Assembly: GCA_017478855.1 (NCBI GenBank)
Contig: JAFVCX010000137.1
Span: forward strand, 16,162-80,161
Reading direction: 5' to 3'
DNA length: 64,000 nt
DNA from: Muribaculaceae bacterium
GTDB lineage: Bacteria > Bacteroidota > Bacteroidia > Bacteroidales > Muribaculaceae
Below are positions 35,615 through 45,417 of the stretch, in pieces. How positions within the stretch are numbered: position 1 is the first letter of the stretch; each line of letters starts with the position of its first letter. The notes under the pieces are model-generated. The model saw nothing but the letters and a program-made list of their open reading frames with translations, was not told the origin of the DNA and ran no database searches. Position numbers and translations under genes: made by a program.

Positions 35615-37249
35615 TTAGCGGCGCTCCTCAAAGTTGAGGGCGTTTTCCTTCATGAGGGTTTCGAATGTGGGATAACGGCGCACCAACTTCAGGTTGACGT
35701 AGGGCGTTTCATCGGCCTTCAAGCTGTGCAAACTGCCATAGCCATTGGCCAAAGCGCTGCGCAGATACTCGATGGCTTGATCTTTGTCGCCCTTTTTTGC
35801 ATCGCCTATGTCACTCAAAAGGGCCGCTGCATAATAGTAGCTCTCACCACCAATGATTTTATTGTCGGCGATGATTTTCTGAGCCCACTGGCGTGCATTA
35901 TCGGCACGTCCCAGCTCATGCAGGGCAAAGCCTCTCAGATTGGTCATTGTTTCGTCGGCAGTAAGCATCTGCTCAAAGTCAGAACGCGCGGCCGAAGGCT
36001 TGCTAAGCCGGTATTTATAAACCCATCCCCGCAACAGAAGGGCCTCGGCATTGGCCGGCTCTATGGCGAGCAAAGCGTTGAGTTGCTCGAGCGCGCCTTG
36101 ATTGTTGCGTGCGTTGACCATCATGCGTGCCCGGGCCAAGAGAGTGGGAGTGTACTTCGCGTTAAGACCGGCGGCCTTATCGAGTGTGGCGAGTGCTTGA
36201 GAGTAGTTGTTGCCTTTTCCCTGATACTGCTCGATGAGCGATTTGAGAATATAATAGTCAGGTTCATTGCCTTGCATGGCGATGGCCTTGTTCACGTTGG
36301 ACAAGGCTTCGTCATATTGCATGAGGTTGAATTGGCACAAAGCGGTATAATAATAAATGCTGTGGTAATCGTAGAGATTGTAGTTGATGATGTTTTTGAA
36401 GTTCTTCAATGCCTGCCCATAGTGCAGCTGCCTCAAAGCGATGATGGCACGCACATATTGAAACATTCCCACTTGTGGAGCTTTGTCGATGCTCGATGCG
36501 AGGGCCTCCATCACGGCATCGTAGTGGTTGTCGCTCATGTCCACCAGTTGCGTGATGGCCTCATTGTTGTCGTCGCTGCCCACACTCATGGCCGAGATGA
36601 GGTCTTGCGCGGCGGGCACATATTGCTGAATTTGAGTGAGTACGTCGGCCCGGTTTATATAAACCTGTGGATTGGCGGTGAATAGGCTCACGGCACGGTC
36701 GGCATAGTCGGTTGCCTTGCCATAATTATTGCGTTTCACCTCCACTTGGGCAAGCCAGTAAAGAGCGTCATAGTTCATGGGGCTGTCGCGCAAAATGGTT
36801 TGGAAATTCTTTTCTGCGGCATCGAGGTCGCCCACTTTGTAGCTCACCTTGCCCAGCATGTCCACGCAAGCCATCGACTTGGGATTGATGGTGGCAGCTT
36901 GGCTCAGAGCCTCAATCTCGTTATCGTAGTCTTGCTGCAAGTCGTAGCACCGCGCCAGCAGCAAATAAGTGTCGTGAAGCAGCTCTTTCTCTTTGGCTGG
37001 AGCCTGTTCGAGCACCAGCTTGGCATCGGCAATGGCAGCCGGCAGATCTCCGTTATAATAAAGCTGGTTGGCACGCGCAAAACGAGTGTCGTAGTCTCCG
37101 GGTTTCTTTTCGAGTGCCTCGTCATATACTTTGATGACAGCGGCCTGCACACGCTGGCGCACACGCGCGTCGTCGTCGGCTGTTTGCGCCACGGCTTGGA
37201 TGGCACACAGGGCAATCAACACCGCCCATAGAAATTTCTTTATGTTCAT
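35615..37249 (-). CDS. Secreted tetratricopeptide-repeat (TPR) protein
   Basis: Start at MNIKKFLWAVLIALCAIQAVAQ (signal peptide). It has many 34-aa TPR-like repeats (..A..Y..A....P.N..A...). Confidence 0.8.
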   Translation of the reverse strand: MNIKKFLWAVLIALCAIQAVAQTADDDARVRQRVQAAVIKVYDEALEKKPGDYDTRFARANQLYYNGDLPAAIADAKLVLEQAPAKEKELLHDTYLLLARCYDLQQDYDNEIEALSQAATINPKSMACVDMLGKVSYKVGDLDAAEKNFQTILRDSPMNYDALYWLAQVEVKRNNYGKATDYADRAVSLFTANPQVYINRADVLTQIQQYVPAAQDLISAMSVGSDDNNEAITQLVDMSDNHYDAVMEALASSIDKAPQVGMFQYVRAIIALRQLHYGQALKNFKNIINYNLYDYHSIYYYTALCQFNLMQYDEALSNVNKAIAMQGNEPDYYILKSLIEQYQGKGNNYSQALATLDKAAGLNAKYTPTLLARARMMVNARNNQGALEQLNALLAIEPANAEALLLRGWVYKYRLSKPSAARSDFEQMLTADETMTNLRGFALHELGRADNARQWAQKIIADNKIIGGESYYYAAALLSDIGDAKKGDKDQAIEYLRSALANGYGSLHSLKADETPYVNLKLVRRYPTFETLMKENALNFEERR

Positions 37250-37289
37250 ACTACAATTCAAAATTATCGTGTTTGTAATCAATAGTTCC

Positions 37290-38111
37290 CTACATGGTAT
37301 CAATCTCCTTGATGGCACGGCGTAGCGCGGCGCAGCGTGTGAGCAATCCTTCGAGCAAATCAAGGCGCAGCATGTTGGCTCCGTCGCTCTTTGCTTGGGT
37401 GGGATTGGGGTGTGTTTCGAGGAAAATGCCGTCGGCACCGGTTGCGATGGCAGCTCTTGCCATCAGCTCGATGAATTGTGGCAGCCCTCCCGTCACACCT
37501 TTTGTTTGGTTGGGCTGCTGCAACGAGTGTGTGATGTCAACAATCACGGGTGCGTATTGCTGCATCACCTTCACGCCACGAAAGTCCACGATGAGGTCTT
37601 GATAGCCAAATGTGGTGCCACGCTCGGTGATGGCCACGTCGTTGCAACCGGCATCACGCACTTTGCCCACGGCGTGCTGCATGGCGTCGGGCGAGAGGAA
37701 TTGTCCTTTTTTGATGTTGACCATGCGCCCGGTGCGTGCTGCGGCTACCAGCAGGTCGGTTTGGCGGCACAAAAAGGCCGGAATTTGCAATACGTCAACG
37801 TATTGTGCCGCCATCTGGGCCTCCTCGGCGGTGTGAATGTCGGTCACCACAGGAATGTGGAAGGTGTCGCCCACCTTGCGCAGGATGCGCAAGGCTTTCT
37901 CGTCGCCTATGCCGGTGAAAGAGTCGATGCGCGAGCGATTGGCCTTGCGGTAGCTTCCCTTAAACACATAGGGTATGGCCAGTCGCTCGGTGATGGCTAC
38001 GGCATGCTCGGCAATGCTCATCGCCATTTCTTCGTTTTCAATCACACAAGGGCCTGCCAGCAAAAAGAATTGCTCGCCGGCCATGAGTTGTTGTGTAAGA
38101 TTCGTTGTCAT
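37290..38111 (-). CDS. kdsA: 3-deoxy-8-phosphooctulonate (KDO-8-P) synthase
   Basis: Contains FFLLAGPCVIENEE, FKGSYRKANRSR, LQIPAFLCRQTDLL, NIKKGQF, DITHSLQ and GIFLETHPNP. Confidence 0.92.
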   Translation of the reverse strand: MTTNLTQQLMAGEQFFLLAGPCVIENEEMAMSIAEHAVAITERLAIPYVFKGSYRKANRSRIDSFTGIGDEKALRILRKVGDTFHIPVVTDIHTAEEAQMAAQYVDVLQIPAFLCRQTDLLVAAARTGRMVNIKKGQFLSPDAMQHAVGKVRDAGCNDVAITERGTTFGYQDLIVDFRGVKVMQQYAPVIVDITHSLQQPNQTKGVTGGLPQFIELMARAAIATGADGIFLETHPNPTQAKSDGANMLRLDLLEGLLTRCAALRRAIKEIDTM

Positions 38112-38119
38112 TGTTTCTT

Positions 38120-38839
38120 TCAAGAGATCAATTCGTTGAGGGTATGGATAGCGGCAATCGCCTTTACGGCAGCGGTTTCGGTTCGCAGGCGGCTTTCGCC
38201 CAATGTGACGGGCACAAACCCGGCCGATAGGGCTGCCTGCACTTCTTCGGGGCTGAAGTCGCCTTCCGGCCCTATAAGCACCATCACATCTTTGGCGGGT
38301 TGGTACTCTTTGGCAAAATGCTTGCGTTGCTCTCGTGGCAGTTCGGCATCGCAATAGGCGATGAAACGCTGCCCGCTGAACGGCTCAGCCAATAATTGGC
38401 GGAATGAAGTCATTTCATCAAGTTGGGGCAAATGGGCTTTGAGTGATTGCTTCATGGCTGCCACCATGATTTTGAGCAGCCGCTCGGTTTTAAGCGTGGT
38501 GCGCTCACTATTGTGGCAGTGAAGTGGAATAATGCGGTCAACGCCCATCTCCACACATTTCTCGGCCATCCACTCCATGCGGTCGAGGTGCTTGGTGGGA
38601 GCCACGGCCAGTGTGATGTGATTTTTCCAATGCGGTTTCTGCTCGAAGGCGGTAATGATTTGCACTGCGCAGCGCTTGGGGTGAGCTATAGCGATGCTCA
38701 TTTCGTAGCAGGTGCCACGACCATCTACCACCTCAATCCGATCGCCTTCCTTCAAGCGCAGCACGCGCACACAATGCCGCGATTCCTCTTCGGGAAGCGT
38801 GAGCGTGCTGGCAATATCAGGACAGTAAAAACGGTGCAT
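38120..38839 (-). CDS. rsmE: 16S rRNA (uracil1498-N3)-methyltransferase
   Basis: Contains MHRFYCP, SRHCVRVLRLKEGD and C-terminal LIGPEGDFSPEE..LGESRLRTETA. Confidence 0.85.
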   Translation of the reverse strand: MHRFYCPDIASTLTLPEEESRHCVRVLRLKEGDRIEVVDGRGTCYEMSIAIAHPKRCAVQIITAFEQKPHWKNHITLAVAPTKHLDRMEWMAEKCVEMGVDRIIPLHCHNSERTTLKTERLLKIMVAAMKQSLKAHLPQLDEMTSFRQLLAEPFSGQRFIAYCDAELPREQRKHFAKEYQPAKDVMVLIGPEGDFSPEEVQAALSAGFVPVTLGESRLRTETAAVKAIAAIHTLNELIS

Positions 38840-40156
38840 TTATTTTTCTTCAGGGACATGCTTGTACTGGAACAGGAACATGAACGCCGCGGCCACCACG
38901 AGGGCAAAACCGGCGAAAATAAGCCAGGCACTGCGCCAGTCGCCCACCAGATAACCGGCATCATTCCATTGGCAGTAGTGGTCGATGACCTTGCCGGCGG
39001 CAAGTGTGCCGATGGTGGCACCCAAACCGTTGGTCATGAGCATGAACAAACCTTGCGCCGAAGCCTTCACCTTGGGGTCGCATTCCTTGTCAACAAACAG
39101 ACCGCCCGACACATTGAAGAAGTCGAAAGCCACACCATAGACAATGCACGAGCCGATGAACAACAACACGCCTGGCATGGCAGGATTGCCCAAGCCGAAG
39201 AAACCGAAGCGCAACACCCATGCAAACATGGCGATGAGCATCACCACCTTGATGCCATACTTGCGCAGGAAGAAGGGGATGAGCAAAATGCACAAGGCCT
39301 CGGCAACCTGCGACAGGGAAACAAGCATAGTAGCGTTATTGGCTCCAAACGAGTTTGACATTGCCGCATCGGCACTGCCCTTGAAACTGGTGAGGAACGG
39401 CGTTGCGTAACCGTTGGTCACCTGCAGCGACATGCCCAGCAGAGCCGAGAAGATAAAGAACATGGCCATCTTCTTGGTTTTGAATAATTTGAAGGCATCC
39501 ATGCCGAACGACTCTGCCAAAGATTGGGTGGGCTTGGGCTGGAGCTTGCACTGTGGCAAGGTGAAACAGTAGAAGAAAAGAACTATGCTCAACACACCCG
39601 ATACCAAGAACTGGTAGTGTGTGTATTGGAACTTGTTGGCATTCTCGGCCAGAGTGAAGAAGAAACCGTTATCCAAAGTGGCACAGTTGACAAACCACAT
39701 GGTGGCGATGAACCCCACCGTACCAAACACTCGGATGGGAGGGAAGTCCTTGACCGTATCCATACCGGCATCCTTCAAGATGGTGAACGCAGTGGTGTTG
39801 CTCAATGCCAAAGTGGGCATGTAGAATGCCACACTCAAGGTGTAGAGCGTGATGAATGCCGTTTTGTTAGGCTCTGTGGCGTTCATGCCCATCATAAACA
39901 ACCCAATCATGGCGGCACCGGCCAGCAGGTGACAGATGCTCAACAACCGCTGAGGCTGAATCCACTTGTCGGCCACGATGCCCATGATGGTGGGCATAAA
40001 GATGGAAACGATGCCCTGAATGGCATAGAACCATGAGATTTCGCCGCCCATGCCGGCACGTCCCAGATAATTGCCCATGCAGGTGAGGTATGCTCCCCAC
40101 ACGGCAAACTCAAGGAAGTTCATCGCAGTGAGGCGGAGTTTCAAATTACCTTTCAT
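38840..40156 (-). CDS. Nucleoside:H+ symporter (NupG/XapB family MFS permease)
   Basis: The N-terminus KLRLTAMNFLEFAVWGAYLTCMGNYL closely resembles E. coli NupG (LKILSFLQFCLWGSWLTTLGSYM). It has 12 TM-like segments. Confidence 0.8.
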   Translation of the reverse strand: MKGNLKLRLTAMNFLEFAVWGAYLTCMGNYLGRAGMGGEISWFYAIQGIVSIFMPTIMGIVADKWIQPQRLLSICHLLAGAAMIGLFMMGMNATEPNKTAFITLYTLSVAFYMPTLALSNTTAFTILKDAGMDTVKDFPPIRVFGTVGFIATMWFVNCATLDNGFFFTLAENANKFQYTHYQFLVSGVLSIVLFFYCFTLPQCKLQPKPTQSLAESFGMDAFKLFKTKKMAMFFIFSALLGMSLQVTNGYATPFLTSFKGSADAAMSNSFGANNATMLVSLSQVAEALCILLIPFFLRKYGIKVVMLIAMFAWVLRFGFFGLGNPAMPGVLLFIGSCIVYGVAFDFFNVSGGLFVDKECDPKVKASAQGLFMLMTNGLGATIGTLAAGKVIDHYCQWNDAGYLVGDWRSAWLIFAGFALVVAAAFMFLFQYKHVPEEK

Positions 40157-40203
40157 TTTCTACTGTTTTGTTTTTTGTTATGGTGATTAATTTTGATTGA
40201 AAA

Positions 40204-40773
40204 CTATTCCGATTGCATCTTCGATGCGATAATGCGCTGAATCTCGGCGGCCTGCTCATATTCTTCACGTTCCACATGCTGTTGCAGCCGCGCTCGCAGC
40301 CGCTCAATGGGCAACGACTCGAGCGGTATCTCGTGCCGCCCTAAAGGCGTGCCGTCGCTATCCATGACAAACCCGGTGCGTTCAAGAATTTCGGGAGTGG
40401 TGTAAATAGGAGTGCCGGTGCGCAGCGCAATGGCTATGGCATCGCTTGTGCGCAGGTCAATGACGGTGCGCGTGCCATCATGGCTCACGAGGTGCAAGAG
40501 CGAAGAGAAAATGCCATGCTCAAAGCTATAGATCTCCACATATTCGGGAGCGATGCCATAGGCATGGAAAATGGTGGTGAACAAGTCGTGAGTCATGGGG
40601 CGTGGTGTGACCACGCCTTCGAGCTTCACGGCAATGGCCTGCGCTTCGGCAGTGCCCAGCACAATGGGAATGCGGTAGCTCCCATTCACCTCCTCAAGAA
40701 GCAGAGCGTATGCCCCCGACTGCACCTGATTGCGGGTAATGCCTAATACTTTGAGTTCAATTTTCCCTTCCAT
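40204..40773 (-). CDS. Bifunctional nuclease (BFN/DUF151) family protein with a C-terminal UVR motif
   Basis: The blocks QSGAYALLLEEVNGSYRIPIVLGTAEAQAI and RPMTHDLF are typical of DUF151. The C-terminus EREEYEQAAEIQRII is UVR-like. Confidence 0.7.
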   Translation of the reverse strand: MEGKIELKVLGITRNQVQSGAYALLLEEVNGSYRIPIVLGTAEAQAIAVKLEGVVTPRPMTHDLFTTIFHAYGIAPEYVEIYSFEHGIFSSLLHLVSHDGTRTVIDLRTSDAIAIALRTGTPIYTTPEILERTGFVMDSDGTPLGRHEIPLESLPIERLRARLQQHVEREEYEQAAEIQRIIASKMQSE

Positions 40774-40789
40774 GATGCGTTGTGTTTTG

Positions 40790-41881
40790 TCATTCTTCTT
40801 TCAAGTCGAGCGGGGCACCGGCTGTGATCACGCCACTGCCATAACACAGGTGCGACTGCGCGTCGTAGATTACCGCAAATTGCCCCGGTGCTATGCCCTG
40901 CACGTCGCGCTCACTTTCTATCACCCACTCATTGCCCTGCACGTGTGTGAGCAGTGCCGGGAAGAAAGTGGGCGTGTGTCGGTTTTTGAAGGTGATCTGA
41001 TGGCTGATATCCGCATCATTCCACGGATTACCGCTGATGAAGTGTATTTCATCAAGGTGAATGGTGCGCCCATATTGCTTGGAGGTGCCATAACCGCCTG
41101 AAACATAGATGACGTTGTCGTGCACATTTTTCTTCACCACATACCACGGTCCTCCGCTCAGGCCCAAGCCTTTGCGCTGCCCTATGGTGTGGAACCAATA
41201 ACCGTTGTGCTCGCCCAGCTTGCGTCCGGTTTCAATCTCAATGATGGGGCCTTTTTTCGTGCCGAGGTGGCGACGAATGAAATCATTGTAATCAATTTGG
41301 CCCAAAAAACAGATTCCCTGACTGTCTTTGCGGCGTGCGTTGGGCATGCCGGCTTGGGCGGCTATGCGTCGCACTTCTTCTTTGGGCAAGCGCCCGATGG
41401 GGAATATGAGGTGCTGCAGCTGCTCATAGGTGATTTGTGCCAAGAAGTCGGTTTGGTCTTTCACGGCATCGGTGGCAGTGGCCAGATATTTCACACCGTT
41501 CACTACATCGGTAGTGGCATAATGGCCGGTGGCGGTCAGGTCGAACTTCTTGCCCCACCGCTGCTCAAAGAAGCCAAACTTAATCATGCGGTTGCACATC
41601 ATGTCGGGATTGGGTGTGAGGCCGGCTTTGACGGTGCGCAAAGCATAGTCCATGACGTGCTCCCAATACTCTTCATGTAGCGACACCACCTCAAGCGGTA
41701 GGCCGTATTTGCGTGCGATGAGCGAGCACATCTCAATGTCTTCTTCGGCCGAGCAGTCGCCCTCGTCATTATCCATGCCGATGCGAATGTAGAACAGTTG
41801 CAGGTCATGCCCCTCTTCTTTGAGGCGATGAACCACCACGGCACTATCAACGCCTCCCGATATGAGAACTGCGATTTTCAT
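40790..41881 (-). CDS. mnmA: tRNA 2-thiouridine(34) synthase
   Basis: Contains the PP-loop VLISGGVDSAV, NPDMMCN, ATGHYA and KDQTDFL. Confidence 0.92.
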   Translation of the reverse strand: MKIAVLISGGVDSAVVVHRLKEEGHDLQLFYIRIGMDNDEGDCSAEEDIEMCSLIARKYGLPLEVVSLHEEYWEHVMDYALRTVKAGLTPNPDMMCNRMIKFGFFEQRWGKKFDLTATGHYATTDVVNGVKYLATATDAVKDQTDFLAQITYEQLQHLIFPIGRLPKEEVRRIAAQAGMPNARRKDSQGICFLGQIDYNDFIRRHLGTKKGPIIEIETGRKLGEHNGYWFHTIGQRKGLGLSGGPWYVVKKNVHDNVIYVSGGYGTSKQYGRTIHLDEIHFISGNPWNDADISHQITFKNRHTPTFFPALLTHVQGNEWVIESERDVQGIAPGQFAVIYDAQSHLCYGSGVITAGAPLDLKEE

Positions 41882-42360
41882 GCTTTTTCAAGAACTTCGT
41901 TTTCTTGCATGTTGTCAATCAGGTAGGCCGATATCACGTAGTCGAGCGAGATCTTGCCCGGGCCTGCCAGCAAGAAATACAAGAAAATGCCAATGAACAT
42001 GACGGGATAGCCCGGCTGGAAGTAGAACAGCGAGCTGGCCGGAGCTGCCGATGATGTGAAAATAAGCCACTCGGCCACACACATGATAATCATGGGGGGC
42101 AGCACGGCAAAGCGTGTGAGAAACCCCAGCATGATGAATGCCGCACACAGCGAGAGCAGCATGAGTCCCGTGCCCATGGACGCGGCAGGCGACAGGCCGC
42201 AGAAGCTGACGTCGGTAGGCATCTCACCCAAGTTCATGAACTGGCTGACGCAAACCTGCAAGAACATCACACCCACAAACAGCCGCAGGAACAGCCGCGA
42301 GAGGTTGCTGTAGGTGTGTCCGGCACTGAACAAAAATATGTTTTTGAAAAACGATTTCAT
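41878..42360 (-). CDS. DoxX-like small integral membrane protein
   Basis: A 160-aa protein with four hydrophobic segments. Contains LFLRLFVGVMFL, typical of the DoxX family. Overlaps the mnmA start by 4 nt. Confidence 0.6.
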   Translation of the reverse strand: MKSFFKNIFLFSAGHTYSNLSRLFLRLFVGVMFLQVCVSQFMNLGEMPTDVSFCGLSPAASMGTGLMLLSLCAAFIMLGFLTRFAVLPPMIIMCVAEWLIFTSSAAPASSLFYFQPGYPVMFIGIFLYFLLAGPGKISLDYVISAYLIDNMQENEVLEKA

Positions 42361-42379
42361 TGCTTGGTGATTGATGGAT

Positions 42380-43270
42380 TTATTGACCTAACGCTTGCTT
42401 GAGTTGCGACACAGTCACGTTTTTCTCAATGATGCGTCGCTCTTTGTCGAGGATATAGCAGCATGGCAAGATGCGCAGGTCGTAGCGATCGGCCACTTGC
42501 TCACTGCATAAGTTCACCCAGTTGGTGGGCATTCCGTCGGCCCAGCCTTCTTTATAGGGTTGCAAGGCAATTTGCACGATGGTCACCTTGCCGCTGTCTG
42601 CCAGTTGATTCATCACAAGGTCGGTGCTCAGGCGCGTGCGCCCTATGCTGCTATCAATGGAACCATCAGTAAAAAACAGCAGAAAGCCTTCTGATGGAAT
42701 CTCGGCCAGTGTGGTGCGTTTGCCATCGGCAGTGGTGAGCTGCACGTCGGGCACGGGTTGCCCCTCCGGACAAGAATTGATGCGGCCTATCTGGTTGGCG
42801 TAGTAGTTGCGCAGCTCTTTTTTGAGCGCGGTGTTTTCGGCCAACGCCCGCGCAAACTCAACGTACACTTCATCGCTCCAATATTCGGCATTGGGACCAT
42901 AAAGAGCCTCTTGGGCGACCATGCCAATCAAGGGTAGATTGGTTACATTGACGCGAGCCTTGAACATAAAGTCGCGAATCGACGACATGACAATGCTGCG
43001 ATGGGCATATCGGAAGAAGTCCACATAGTCGCGAAACGCGCCATCAAACCCCGCCATGTCGGTGATGGGCTTGCTGATGTCGAAGTTGTTCCAAAAATTC
43101 TGAACGATATAGTTGCAGCGGCTCTCAAGGGTGGAGCAAGTGTCGGGAGCCATAGGGTATTCAAACAACTTTTTGGGCTGCTCGACTGCAACATCATCCT
43201 GAGCATTGATGGCTGAAAATGATGTGAATAAAATAATGGCTGACAACAAAAATTTCTTCATCTTTTTCAA
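42380..43270 (-). CDS. Secreted DUF5106/TlpA-like thioredoxin-fold protein lacking a CxxC motif
   Basis: Has a signal peptide (MKKMKKFLLSAIILFTSFSAINAQ). The C-terminal half resembles thiol-disulfide oxidoreductase lipoproteins, but LLFFTDGSIDSS occupies the position where W-C-x-x-C is expected. Confidence 0.5.
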   Translation of the reverse strand: MKKMKKFLLSAIILFTSFSAINAQDDVAVEQPKKLFEYPMAPDTCSTLESRCNYIVQNFWNNFDISKPITDMAGFDGAFRDYVDFFRYAHRSIVMSSIRDFMFKARVNVTNLPLIGMVAQEALYGPNAEYWSDEVYVEFARALAENTALKKELRNYYANQIGRINSCPEGQPVPDVQLTTADGKRTTLAEIPSEGFLLFFTDGSIDSSIGRTRLSTDLVMNQLADSGKVTIVQIALQPYKEGWADGMPTNWVNLCSEQVADRYDLRILPCCYILDKERRIIEKNVTVSQLKQALGQ

Positions 43271-43380
43271 ATTCTTAGATTTAACTTGCTAAATTACTGC
43301 AAAAAGCACAACCCTACAAAATCCAGCATTATAATTTAATGTTTTTTTTCAGTTGAGTGGCACGACCGTGACCGTCGGCC

Positions 43381-43620
43381 TTATGTGGCGGGCCCAGAGA
43401 GCTGCCTTTTCAGGTTAAACGCATGAGGAAAAACGCCGTGTGCCACCCCAAACCCTGCCAGCATGATGAGGTAGGGATAACTCTCATATCGATAGGAAGA
43501 AAAGGCCTCAATAAACAAGTAAACCAAAGTGTTCCCTATGAAAAATATCTGAAACACATCTGCAAAGTACCCTATATCTTTCGGAAAAAGATATGTGGAT
43601 GAATGCTCATCCACGTTCAA
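43381..43620 (-). CDS. Possible small membrane protein (weak call)
   Basis: A 79-aa ORF with two hydrophobic stretches, in an AT-richer 430-bp gap. No motif or start-context support. Confidence 0.2.
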   Translation of the reverse strand: MNVDEHSSTYLFPKDIGYFADVFQIFFIGNTLVYLFIEAFSSYRYESYPYLIMLAGFGVAHGVFPHAFNLKRQLSGPAT

Positions 43621-43702
43621 GGTACTTACAGGAAACCTGATTCTTCAGATGAGAAACATCCACATGTGATTGTGGGCTTTCGAGCTTATATGAGTGTTGC
43701 AG

Positions 43703-44179
43703 CTATGCTTTGTCAACGAGAAGTGCCACCGCAAGGGCGCTTATGCCCTCTTCGCGGCCGGTGAAGCCCAGTCGCTCGGTGGTGGTGGCCTTGACAGAAA
43801 CTTGGGCCACATCGCAGGTCATGACCTGCGCCAGCGTTTGCTGCATGGCCGGGATGTGCGGGTTGAGCTTGGGACGCTCGGCGCAAATGGTGATATCGCA
43901 ATTACCCAACTCATACCCTTTTTCCCGCACCAGCCGCATGGTTTCTCGCAGCAATAGGCGGCTGTCGATGCCTTTATATTTCGGGTCGGTGTCAGGAAAA
44001 TGATAACCGATGTCGCGCAGGCTGGCAGCTCCCAGCAGGGCGTCGCACAGCGCGTGAATGGCCACATCGGCATCGCTGTGTCCCAGCAGCCCCATGCTGT
44101 GGTCGAGCTTCACCCCGCACAGCCACAAATCGCGTCCGGGCACAAGCCTGTGCACATCATATCCCTGACCTATTCTCAT
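43703..44179 (-). CDS. ispF: 2-C-methyl-D-erythritol 2,4-cyclodiphosphate synthase
   Basis: Contains MRIGQGYDVHRL, GHSDADVAIHALCDALLGA and ATTTERLGFTGR. Confidence 0.92.
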   Translation of the reverse strand: MRIGQGYDVHRLVPGRDLWLCGVKLDHSMGLLGHSDADVAIHALCDALLGAASLRDIGYHFPDTDPKYKGIDSRLLLRETMRLVREKGYELGNCDITICAERPKLNPHIPAMQQTLAQVMTCDVAQVSVKATTTERLGFTGREEGISALAVALLVDKA

Positions 44180-45372
44180 CGGCCAAAGAGGCTCTTAATG
44201 CCGTCCATGTCAAATGAAAGTGTGAATCGCAGCGTTTGGTCGAGTGGCGAGTTTTGAGCTGTGGCAATCATATAGGCCGCATCAAGGCGAATCACATTGA
44301 GCGAGAAACCGGCACCCAGTCCAAAGTACTGGCGGTCGCCGTTATATTTGCTTTCGTAGTAATAGCCGCCGCGCAAGAAGAACTGCTGGTTGTAGGCATA
44401 CTCGGCACCCAAAGAATAGGTGATGCGTTTCAGGGGATCATCGCTGAACGAGTCGAACATACCCGAAATCGACGACTTGTCTTTCCAGTCCTGCTCGGCT
44501 TGCCCATAGGCTTCGGCATTGGGGGTGCCATCTTCATTCAGATAGTCGTCGGCACGGGGCTTGGCCGGCACCATCAGTTTATTGGCGTCGAGCGAGAGGG
44601 TGAGGTTGTGGTAGTCGGCCAACGGGAAGGTAAAGGCCGTGCCCACACGCAGATTGGCCGGCAAGAAAGCCGGATTATTGCCACCGTTATAAGAGATTTT
44701 GCTGCCGATGTTGCTCAGGTTAAATCCCAGCGACCACTGGCACTCGTTGCGACCAATCACGGGGAATGTGGTGTAGTAGCCCGAAATGTCGGCGGCAAAT
44801 GCCGATGCGCCCTTCGACTGGTCATTGTCGTTATAGTCGCCCCCATAACCCAAGTCGCTATAGATGTAGCGCAGAGCCACACCCATCGAGAATTTCTCAC
44901 TCAATTTGCGCGAGTATCCGAGGTCTATCGCCATTTCAAAGGGATTGATGGTGCCCATCACATCGTTGCCCCCCGAAGTCATTTGAATCTCGCCCAGCGA
45001 GAAATAGCGCAACGAGGCACTCACGGCCTGATTGTCGTTGCTGCCAATCTTCATATAGCCGGCCAAGTTGGCCAGATAGATGTCGTTCACAATCTTGCGC
45101 AGCCACGGGGTATAACTCAGCGACACGCCGGCCGCGCTATAGGCGAAGGCATATTTCGACGGATTCCAAAACTGAGAGTTGGCATCGGGGTCGGTGGCCG
45201 CGCCCAAGTCGCCCATCGAGGCGCCTCGCGCATCGGGTATGATGCTCAGTGAGTTCACACCTGTGGTGATGGGGTTAAACTCGGTGTTCTTAATGTCGTC
45301 ATCGGCCCATGCCGCCACACTCATAGTGGCCAGCGCGAGCGCCCATATAAATGATAGAAAGCGATTTTTCAT
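44176..45372 (-). CDS. porV: Type IX secretion system outer-membrane channel/shuttle protein PorV (LptO)-like
   Basis: Has a signal peptide. The block SLSIIPDARGASMGDLGAATDPDANSQFWNPSKYAF matches my recollection of the PorV signature. It is a FadL-like barrel of about 400 aa. Confidence 0.7.
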   Translation of the reverse strand: MKNRFLSFIWALALATMSVAAWADDDIKNTEFNPITTGVNSLSIIPDARGASMGDLGAATDPDANSQFWNPSKYAFAYSAAGVSLSYTPWLRKIVNDIYLANLAGYMKIGSNDNQAVSASLRYFSLGEIQMTSGGNDVMGTINPFEMAIDLGYSRKLSEKFSMGVALRYIYSDLGYGGDYNDNDQSKGASAFAADISGYYTTFPVIGRNECQWSLGFNLSNIGSKISYNGGNNPAFLPANLRVGTAFTFPLADYHNLTLSLDANKLMVPAKPRADDYLNEDGTPNAEAYGQAEQDWKDKSSISGMFDSFSDDPLKRITYSLGAEYAYNQQFFLRGGYYYESKYNGDRQYFGLGAGFSLNVIRLDAAYMIATAQNSPLDQTLRFTLSFDMDGIKSLFGR

Positions 45373-45417
45373 TGTCCACGTGATAGTTATAGTGATACAC
45401 TTTTATAACTTTCTTTC

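Noticed and set aside
38840-40773. Adjacency of a BFN/DUF151 nuclease-family gene and a NupG-like nucleoside permease, considered as a nucleic-acid scavenging module.
   Set aside because: The BFN protein has no signal peptide, so it is cytoplasmic. Both genes sit in a long run of unrelated housekeeping genes (mnmA, rsmE, kdsA). Adjacency alone is weak evidence.
43703-45372. The 4-nt overlap of porV with ispF, considered as a functional link between T9SS and isoprenoid synthesis.
   Set aside because: Operon packing of unrelated housekeeping genes is common in Bacteroidales and there is no mechanistic rationale. It is noted only as context for the neighbouring lipid cassette.
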